64,000 nucleotides of DNA from Collinsella sp. (GTDB taxonomy: Bacteria; Actinomycetota; Coriobacteriia; Coriobacteriales; Coriobacteriaceae), in assembly GCA_019414385.1 (NCBI GenBank), contig DXMD01000003.1:24629-88628 (forward strand), written 5' to 3'. Within the stretch, counting starts at the first letter, position 1; every line of letters starts with the position of its first letter. Under the pieces are notes generated by a model. The model searched no databases. It was not told where the DNA came from and worked only from the letters and a program-made list of their open reading frames with translations. The translations under genes and the position numbers were made by a program. This document shows positions 56,955-64,000 of this stretch, piece by piece.

Positions 56955-57374
56955 ATGAGCAAGATCGCCGTCGTCTACTGGAGCGGCACGGGCAACACCG
57001 AGGCCATGGCAAACCTCGTCGCCGAAGGCGCCACGTCCGTGGGCGCCGAGACTGAGGTCATCCCCTGCGCCGACTTCTCTGCCGACAAGGCCGCCGAATA
57101 TGATGCCTTCGCCTTCGGCTGCCCAGCCATGGGCTCCGAGGAACTCGAGTACGATGAGTTCCAGCCGATGTGGGATGAGGTCAAGGAGACTCTCGGCGAC
57201 AAGAAGGTCGTCCTCTTTGGCTCCTATTCGTGGGCCGAGGGCGAGTGGATGGACAACTGGAAGGCCGACGCCGACGAGGCCGGCGTCAACGTCGTGGACT
57301 CCACCATCTGCTACGACGCGCCCGACGACGAGGGCGAGACCGCTTGCAAGGCCCTCGGAGCCGAGCTCGCGTAA
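56955..57374 (+). CDS. Flavodoxin
   Basis: VYWSGTGNTEAMA, GCPAMG, LFGSYSW; GAAAGGA RBS. Confidence 0.95.
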   Translation: MSKIAVVYWSGTGNTEAMANLVAEGATSVGAETEVIPCADFSADKAAEYDAFAFGCPAMGSEELEYDEFQPMWDEVKETLGDKKVVLFGSYSWAEGEWMDNWKADADEAGVNVVDSTICYDAPDDEGETACKALGAELA

Positions 57375-57423
57375 CGAACCCAGGGCCTCCAAGAGAGCCT
57401 GCATCAAAGCGCATCCCCATCCC

Positions 57424-57469
57424 TACAAAAGAGCGGGGCTGGATTCAAGTCCAGCCCCGCTCTTTTGTA
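57424..57469. terminator. Bidirectional terminator
   Basis: 20-bp perfect IR TACAAAAGAGCGGGGCTGGA. Confidence 0.85.
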
Positions 57470-57489
57470 ACGGCAGTTACATCAACCGG

Positions 57490-58242
57490 CTACGAGATAT
57501 TGCCCAAGAACGCCTTGGTGCGCTCGCTCTTGGGGTGGTCGAAGACCTCGCTCGGCGTACCCTCTTCCACAATGACGCCGCCGTCCATAAAGACGACGCG
57601 GTCGGCGACATCGCGGGCAAAGCCCATCTCGTGCGTCACGACGATCATGGTCATACCGTCGTGCGCCAGGTCGCGCATGACGCCCAGGACGTCGCGCACG
57701 AGCTCAGGGTCGAGCGCCGAGGTGGCCTCGTCAAAGAGCATGACGTGCGGGTTCATCGACAGGGCGCGGGCGATGGCAACGCGCTGCTGCTGGCCGCCCG
57801 AGAGCTGGCTCGGCATAAAGTCGATACGCTCGGCAAGACCGACCTTGGTCAGCTCCTCGACGGCAATCTTCTCGGCCTCTTCCTTGCTGCGCTTGAGCAC
57901 CTTCTGCTGCGCGAGCATGACGTTCTTTTTGACTGAGAGGTGCGGGAACAAATTGAACTGCTGGAACACCATACCCAGATGCGTGCGCACCTTGTTAAGG
58001 TCGACGCCCTTGGCGCACACGTCCACACCCTCGACGATAATCGAGCCGCTCGTGGGATGCTCCAGACGATTGATGCAGCGAAGCATCGTCGACTTGCCCG
58101 AGCCCGAGGGGCCCAAGACCACAACGACCTCACCTTTGTGCACATCCAGATCGATATCGCGCAGGACCACGTTGTCGCCAAAGGCCTTCTGGAGGTTCTT
58201 GATGCTGACGACGACCTCGTTCGAGTTATTGGTTTCGCTCAT
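57490..58242 (-). CDS. Polar amino acid ABC transporter ATPase
   Basis: [39 protein letters not shown]. Confidence 0.95.
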   Translation of the reverse strand: MSETNNSNEVVVSIKNLQKAFGDNVVLRDIDLDVHKGEVVVVLGPSGSGKSTMLRCINRLEHPTSGSIIVEGVDVCAKGVDLNKVRTHLGMVFQQFNLFPHLSVKKNVMLAQQKVLKRSKEEAEKIAVEELTKVGLAERIDFMPSQLSGGQQQRVAIARALSMNPHVMLFDEATSALDPELVRDVLGVMRDLAHDGMTMIVVTHEMGFARDVADRVVFMDGGVIVEEGTPSEVFDHPKSERTKAFLGNIS

Positions 58243-58254
58243 GATAGGACCTCC

Positions 58255-59616
58255 TTACAGACCGGCGATGTGATCGGCGGGCGTCGCGACAACCTGTCCG
58301 GCGCTCTTGGCGGGACGCTTCTTCTTGGTCTCGGCCGTGCCCAAAAGCCTCGCCTCAAGACCACTCACCAAGCGAGCGAGCGGCAGGGTGATGACCAGAT
58401 AGAACAGGGCGGCAACCACGTACGGTGTAATGGAGCCCGTCGTGGCCACGATGGTACGGGCGTTCATGACGATCTCGACCACACCCACGGCGGCAAGCAG
58501 CGACGTATCCTTGTAAAGCAAGATAAACTCGCTGGTCAGCGTAGGCAAAACATTGCGGAACGTCTGCGGAATCATGACATAGAGCAGCGTCTGGAACGCG
58601 TTCATGCCCAGCGAACGCGCAGCCTCGTTTTGGCCCTTGGGGATCGATTGAATACCGGCACGGAAGATCTCGCATAGGTACGCAGACGAGTTCATGGCCA
58701 TGACGATAACGCCCAAGACATAGTCGTCCACCTTGACGCCGGCCAACGGCAGACCGAAGAACGCGATATAGATCTGCAGGAACGCCGGCGTACCGCGGAT
58801 GATATTCACATAGATGCCGGCAAGGCAACGCAGGATGCGCGACTTGGAGATGCGCATGAGCGACAAGGCAAAGCCAAAGGGAATTGCCAGCGGAAACGCC
58901 ACAAGCACGATCGAAAGCGACATAAGGAAGCCCTTGAAGACGATCGGCAGGCTCTGGACCAAAATGACCGGGTTTAAGAACAGGCGCAGGAACATATTGG
59001 AGTTCCAAGCCTCGACCCACGGCTGCTCCTTAAGATCGGCCAAGAAGTTATCGAAGGCCGTCACGCCCTTGATCTCCACCGACGGAATCTTGGAGATCTT
59101 CTTGGTCGACCCGTCAGCGAGCGTACAGGTGCCGCTAAAGGCCTCATCGCCGCCCTCGACGGGGAAGCTCACGCCGTAAACCTCGACACGGAAAAAGCCG
59201 CCGGCAGGCGCCGTCTCGCCAAAATCAATCTTGAGCGTCTGGCCGTCAGCCTTGCACGTGGGCTTCATGGGCGTACGATCCATGAGGTCCTCGCCCGAGA
59301 GCATCGTCAATCGCGTGTCATCGGTACCAAACGTCGTGCCGTCGACAAACGTCAGCGAAAGACCGCTCAGCTCCTCATCGGCATCGGCCTGGACCTCCCA
59401 GGTAATGCGCGTCTCGGTACCGCCGACCACAGCGCTGCCCGAACCGGTGTTGGGTCGAGCGGTAATCTTTGCGGTCTCAAGCGCCTGGGCGGTCGTGGGC
59501 GCATATGTCCCCACACACACCAGCGCGAGCGCCACGGCCATGACGCAGACTAGCTTTTGGAGCAAGGCGGGCAGTGGAAAACGCTGCTCCGCAGCCCCTT
59601 TGTTCAGTCGAGACAA
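58255..59616 (-). CDS. Polar amino acid ABC permease with an extra N-terminal exported domain
   Basis: YVNIIRGTP, SSAYLCEIFRAGI, EAARSLG, KDTSL; TTG start after AGGAG (start uncertain). Confidence 0.88.
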   Translation of the reverse strand: MSRLNKGAAEQRFPLPALLQKLVCVMAVALALVCVGTYAPTTAQALETAKITARPNTGSGSAVVGGTETRITWEVQADADEELSGLSLTFVDGTTFGTDDTRLTMLSGEDLMDRTPMKPTCKADGQTLKIDFGETAPAGGFFRVEVYGVSFPVEGGDEAFSGTCTLADGSTKKISKIPSVEIKGVTAFDNFLADLKEQPWVEAWNSNMFLRLFLNPVILVQSLPIVFKGFLMSLSIVLVAFPLAIPFGFALSLMRISKSRILRCLAGIYVNIIRGTPAFLQIYIAFFGLPLAGVKVDDYVLGVIVMAMNSSAYLCEIFRAGIQSIPKGQNEAARSLGMNAFQTLLYVMIPQTFRNVLPTLTSEFILLYKDTSLLAAVGVVEIVMNARTIVATTGSITPYVVAALFYLVITLPLARLVSGLEARLLGTAETKKKRPAKSAGQVVATPADHIAGL

Positions 59617-59734
59617 GGTGGCTCCTATCGTAGAAGTTGTCGGCAAAACGAGACGGAAATGCTCTCCGTCAAGAGAAGCGCAAAGGCCCTCTCCGCCAAA
59701 GCGGAAAGGGCCCGCGAGCAATCAAGTAGCTATT

Positions 59735-60595
59735 TTACTTGATGTTGTACTTAGCCATGAGGGCGTCAACGGTACCGTCATCGGTCAGGTCCTTGATGGC
59801 CTGGTTGATGTCGTCCTTGAGCTTGGTGTTGCCCTGGTTGATGGCGATGGCGTACTCCTCGCCGGTGCTGATCTGCTTGATGGTCTGGCAGGTGTTGAAC
59901 TGCTCGGCGGTCAGCTGGCTGGCAACGGAGCGGTTGGTGACTACGGCGTCGCCCTTATCGGACTGCAGGGCGCTGAAGCACTCGGTGGCGTCCTTGTAGG
60001 GGACAATCTTGGCCTTGGGGAAGTTCTCCTGGGCAAAGGACTCGGCGGTCGAGCCAGACTGGACGATGATGGTAGCATCGGCGTTGTTGAGCTTCTCGCT
60101 GTAGTTGTCGGCCGTGATGTCGGTGTTATCGACCTTGGTCACGATAGCCTGATCGTCCATGTAGTAGGAATCAGAGAAAGTGACTTCCTTCTCACGCTCG
60201 GGCGTGTCGGTGATAGCCGCAATGGAAACGTCATACTTGGCGCCCGAAGCGACACCCGGAACCAGCGTGTCAAAGTCATTGTTGACATACTCGACATCCA
60301 GGCCCAGCTTGTCGCCGATGGCCTTGATGAGCTCAAGGTCAAAGCCCTGATAATCGCCGTTGTCATCCTTGTACTCAAACGGAGCGTACTCGGCAGAGGT
60401 GCCGACGGTGAGCGTACCATCCTTGACGAGCGCGTACTCCTTGGAGCCGTCGACCTTCTCGACCTTAGCGTCGTCAGAGCTGCTGGAACCGGCATCAGAA
60501 CCAGAGGTGGCGTTGGACGAGCCGCAGCCCGTCAGTGCGAGGGCGAGCGCCATGGCACCCGTGGCGGCAAATGCGCCAAGCTTCTTGAGCTTCAT
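59735..60595 (-). CDS. Amino acid ABC substrate-binding lipoprotein
   Basis: Lipobox LTGC, VGTSAEYAPFE, GFDLEL, ITDTPER. Confidence 0.93.
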   Translation of the reverse strand: MKLKKLGAFAATGAMALALALTGCGSSNATSGSDAGSSSSDDAKVEKVDGSKEYALVKDGTLTVGTSAEYAPFEYKDDNGDYQGFDLELIKAIGDKLGLDVEYVNNDFDTLVPGVASGAKYDVSIAAITDTPEREKEVTFSDSYYMDDQAIVTKVDNTDITADNYSEKLNNADATIIVQSGSTAESFAQENFPKAKIVPYKDATECFSALQSDKGDAVVTNRSVASQLTAEQFNTCQTIKQISTGEEYAIAINQGNTKLKDDINQAIKDLTDDGTVDALMAKYNIK

Positions 60596-60742
60596 AATCA
60601 GTCTCCTTCCGGTGACCTCGTTTGATTCAGAGGTCTGCAAAAACTGAGGGTTATTATGCACCCGCTTGGAAGAATCTGCAATTAGAAAACTGATTGAAAC
60701 AAACCCATAACGTGAATGTAGCACTCCAGTTTATGGCAGCCT

Positions 60743-61609
60743 TTACTGCTGCAATGACCTTAACAGTTTGATTTCAGCCGCATAACCTGCAAGTTCGTTC
60801 GGAGTCTCCAAAATAAACGGCAGCGAACGCAAACGGCCATTCGATACAATATTCTGTATAACCTGCATACCGCCACCAAATTCCTCGCTGCCAAGGTATC
60901 CCTTGCCGATGCACTCGTGACGATCTTTATGGGCGCCACAAGGGTTCTTCGAATCGTTGATGTGTACGGCATGCAAGCGATCGATACCCACCACGCGGTC
61001 GAACTCGTCGAGTACGCCGTCCAGATCATGGATGATGTCGTAGCCGGCATCGCTCACATGGCAGGTGTCCAAACAAACGCCCAGCTTATCGGACAGCTCT
61101 GGGCACTTGGCGGCAACGCCCTCGATAATGCACGCCAGTTCTTCAAAGCTACGGCCCACCTCGGTGCCCTTGCCCGCCATGGTCTCGAGCAATACCGTCG
61201 TCTGCTGTCCCTCAAACATCACCTGGCACAGCGTGTCGACAATCATCTGAATGCCGGCGTCTGCCCCCTGTCCCACATGCGCACCGGGGTGAAAATTGTA
61301 GTAGTTGCCGGGCAGTGCTTCCAGACGCTGCAAATCTTCCGCCATAGCCTCCAAGGCAAACTCTCGCGCCCGCTCCTTAGCGGAGCAGGGGTTATAGGTA
61401 TACGGGGCATGCGCCACCAGCGGTCCAAAGTCGTTTTGCGCCATAAGCTCGCGCAGAGCCGCCACGTCATCCATGTCAAGGTCTTTTGCCTTGCCACCGC
61501 GCGGGTTGCGCGTAAAGAACGCAAAGGTATTGGCACCAATGGACAACGCCGTCTCCCCCATTGCCCGATAGCCCTTCGTCGTCGAAAGATGACATCCGAT
61601 TGTCAGCAT
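60743..61609 (-). CDS. nfo: Endonuclease IV
   Basis: [42 protein letters not shown]. Confidence 0.95.
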   Translation of the reverse strand: MLTIGCHLSTTKGYRAMGETALSIGANTFAFFTRNPRGGKAKDLDMDDVAALRELMAQNDFGPLVAHAPYTYNPCSAKERAREFALEAMAEDLQRLEALPGNYYNFHPGAHVGQGADAGIQMIVDTLCQVMFEGQQTTVLLETMAGKGTEVGRSFEELACIIEGVAAKCPELSDKLGVCLDTCHVSDAGYDIIHDLDGVLDEFDRVVGIDRLHAVHINDSKNPCGAHKDRHECIGKGYLGSEEFGGGMQVIQNIVSNGRLRSLPFILETPNELAGYAAEIKLLRSLQQ

Positions 61610-61625
61610 CTCCAGCTCCCCCTCA

Positions 61626-61704
61626 TCAGTTGCGGTGAAATACGGTCTATTGGTGCCCTATTTTGGCGCAAACAGACCGTATTCCACCGCAAGTTATAAA
61701 AGGG
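61626..61704. repeat. 79-bp hairpin repeat, copy A (directly upstream of nfo)
   Basis: TCAGTTGCGGTGAAATACGGTCT...AGACCGTATTCCACCGCAAGTTATAAAAGGG. Confidence 0.85.
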
Positions 61705-61775
61705 GCATCAGAGATGTGGGCCGCCAGGCACCACGGGCGCCGGCGTCATGATCCCCTACGTGTCAGCGCCAAGTC

Positions 61776-62795
61776 CTAGAGGGCTAGACGAATCGCATCG
61801 ATGATGTGTGCACAGCGCTGCGTGGCGGCAAGGGGCATGACGGGGCTCTCGAGTTTCCCCGCCCGGATGAGCTGGGTCGCATGCTGGATTTCGCCGTAGA
61901 AATCATCGATCTCAAACGGGGCATTTATTTCGAGCGTTCGACCGTCGGAATACTTCACATGGGCGAGCTCGGGGCGATGGAGACGCTCGATTTCCAACGA
62001 GCCTCGCTCACAGACAATCGTTAAGCGGCTTTCATATGTTGCTTTGCCGTCGCACACCATATGAATGGGTATACCGCCGACGCTCATACGGATCTCGTCG
62101 GCCCAATCGACGCGGCCGCCTGATACGTCACGCCAGCGAACTTCACGGGATGAAACCTCGCACGCGCCCGCGAGCAAATCCTCAAACCAACCGACCGCAT
62201 AGCAGCCCATGTCATATAGACAGCCGCCCTGCAACGAATCAAGCAGATAGCCCGAAGGAGGCTCGCCGTAATCGAGCTTTTGCACGCTTTCAATCGAGAC
62301 AATACGGCCAAGCTCACCCGACGCAAGCAAGTCCTTCACGCGAGTGCGCATCGGGCAAAACCGATTCTTCATCGCCTCCATAAACAGCACGCCGCGCTCA
62401 CGAGAGGTGGAGGCAATCGAGAGAGCCTCTTCCTCACTCAAAACGGCCGGCTTTTCGCACAGCACGGCCTTTCCCGCGCGCAGTGCCCGACAGACCCAAT
62501 GCGCATGCATGCCATGTGGAAGAGCCAAGTAGATTGCGTCGACATCGGGGTCGGCAATCAGCGCATCATAAGCCACATCGCCGCTATCGTCAGCCGTGGC
62601 ATAACTGTGCGCGGCATCAATCGAAAACGCCCTGCAAAACTCCTCAACATGCGAAGGAGTGCGGCCGGCGGCAGCCACAAGCCGTGCCCCGTCCACCTCC
62701 TTGAGCGACGATGCAAATCGATGCGAAATGTGTCCAGCGCCCAAAACGCCCCAACAAACCTCACGCAAATCATCACATGAATCCCGATGACCCAC
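61776..62795 (-). CDS. Gfo/Idh/MocA-family oxidoreductase
   Basis: WGVLGAGHI, LPHGMH, VLCEKP, GGCLYDMGCY; GTG start after AAGGGGG. Confidence 0.88.
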   Translation of the reverse strand: MGHRDSCDDLREVCWGVLGAGHISHRFASSLKEVDGARLVAAAGRTPSHVEEFCRAFSIDAAHSYATADDSGDVAYDALIADPDVDAIYLALPHGMHAHWVCRALRAGKAVLCEKPAVLSEEEALSIASTSRERGVLFMEAMKNRFCPMRTRVKDLLASGELGRIVSIESVQKLDYGEPPSGYLLDSLQGGCLYDMGCYAVGWFEDLLAGACEVSSREVRWRDVSGGRVDWADEIRMSVGGIPIHMVCDGKATYESRLTIVCERGSLEIERLHRPELAHVKYSDGRTLEINAPFEIDDFYGEIQHATQLIRAGKLESPVMPLAATQRCAHIIDAIRLAL

Positions 62796-62806
62796 GACAG
62801 CCCCCT

Positions 62807-62885
62807 TCAGTTGCGGTGAAATAGTTCCTGTTTGGCCCTTATTCTGCCGCAAACAGGAACTATTCCACCGCAAGTTATAAAAGGG
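62807..62885. repeat. 79-bp hairpin repeat, copy B (upstream of the oxidoreductase)
   Basis: TCAGTTGCGGTGAAATAGTTCCT...AGGAACTATTCCACCGCAAGTTATAAAAGGG. Confidence 0.85.
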
Positions 62886-64000
62886 TCATGAGGAGCGCGC
62901 TATGCGGAAGGCTTTAAGCGCGGCCGTTACGGGGCCAGGTTGGAAACGTCGGCGCACATCGTCGAGACGCTCGGGAATATCGATGTGTTGCGGGCAGTGA
63001 CGCGCGCATTTGCCGCATTTAACGCAGTTGCTCACCAACTTGGGCTCGCTCGTCCGCACCGCGCTCGCCGTAAAATACTGCGATAGACCCGTAAACCAGC
63101 TGTGCGCATAGCTTGCATTGTAGGCGGCAAAACACCCAGGGATATTGATGCCTTTGGGACACGGCATGCAGTAGCCGCATCCCGTACAAGGCACGCGATT
63201 CGATTTTTCAAATTCCGTCAGCACGCGCGCAATGGTATCGAGCTGAGCGCCCGTCATCGAATCCGGCAGGGCTCGGTCGGCCAGCGCCGCGTTCTCATCC
63301 ACTTGCGCGGTATCGGTCATGCCCGAAAGCAGCATCGTGACCTGAGGATGGTTCCACACCCACGAAAGCCCCCAGGCGGCAGGAGTGCGCAGGCGCGGGT
63401 CATAGGCGCCATCGAGCACGGCGCGGGCCCGCGGCGGCAGCTTGCCCGCCAAACGCCCGCCCAACAGCGGCTCCATCACAAACACCGCGAGCCCGCGATC
63501 CGCAGCCTCCATGAGCCCCGCCGTTCCCGCCTGATATCGCTCTCCAGCGTAGTTGTACTGGATCTGGCAAAAATCCCAGTCATACGCGTCAAGCATCGTG
63601 AGGAAGTCCGCCGCACTGCCGTGGTACGAAAAACCTATCTGGCGAATACGCCCCGCAGCCTTTTGGTGCGCAATCCAGTCCTCGATGCCCAACGCCACCA
63701 CGCGCTCCCACTGGGCGGGCGAGGTGATGTTGTGCATAAGGTAGTAGTCGATATGGTCGGTCCGCAAACGGTGCAGCTGCTCGTCAAAAAAGCGGTCGAA
63801 ATCCTCCGCACATTTGCACGAAGCGTGCGGCAACTTTGTCGCCAGCAACACCCGGTCACGCAGCTCCAGGCGCCCAAGCGAGGCGCCCACGCACGCCTCG
63901 TTACCGGGATAGAGATAGGCGGTGTCCAGATAATTAATCCCCTGCTCCACCGCACGGGAAATGATGGCATCGGCCGTCTTCGCATCGGGGTGCCCCGGCG
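62886..64000 (-). CDS. Aldo/keto reductase with C-terminal 4Fe-4S domain (5' end outside window)
   Basis: GINYLDTAYLY, ATKLP, GFSYH, QIQYNY, MEPLLGG, CTGCGYCMPCP, CVKCGKCARHCP. Confidence 0.9.
   Translation of the reverse strand, partial: PGHPDAKTADAIISRAVEQGINYLDTAYLYPGNEACVGASLGRLELRDRVLLATKLPHASCKCAEDFDRFFDEQLHRLRTDHIDYYLMHNITSPAQWERVVALGIEDWIAHQKAAGRIRQIGFSYHGSAADFLTMLDAYDWDFCQIQYNYAGERYQAGTAGLMEAADRGLAVFVMEPLLGGRLAGKLPPRARAVLDGAYDPRLRTPAAWGLSWVWNHPQVTMLLSGMTDTAQVDENAALADRALPDSMTGAQLDTIARVLTEFEKSNRVPCTGCGYCMPCPKGINIPGCFAAYNASYAHSWFTGLSQYFTASAVRTSEPKLVSNCVKCGKCARHCPQHIDIPERLDDVRRRFQPGPVTAALKAFRIARSS

Overview
High-GC bacterial chromosomal segment. Gene content and style (pta/ackA/ldh fermentation genes, LPxTG protein, D-Asp ligase, ECF transporter) suggest a gut Coriobacteriia member such as Collinsella; this is inference, not checked by search. 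Most of the window is housekeeping: pta, two ackA, xseAB, rnd, a lysine operon, ldh, nadE, ettA, tcdA, tatD, pgi, nfo and ABC/ECF transporters. No rRNA, tRNA, CRISPR array, integrase or transposase was recognised. Main highlights: (1) a ~3.5 kb islet at the 3' end of pgi, bounded by a duplicated pgi terminus (synonymous differences only) and a duplicated terminator, carrying an unknown protein, a ClpP-like protease and a soluble VirD4-like ATPase with no other conjugation genes; (2) an in-frame LysA-DapA fusion with an internal RBS behind a lysine riboswitch; (3) a WWW leader-peptide attenuator before a TrpP-type ECF transporter; (4) several palindromic repeat families, including a 79-bp pair with compensatory stem changes and a 226-bp MITE-like element. 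Start codons were chosen by eye from RBS context, and product calls come from recognised motifs.
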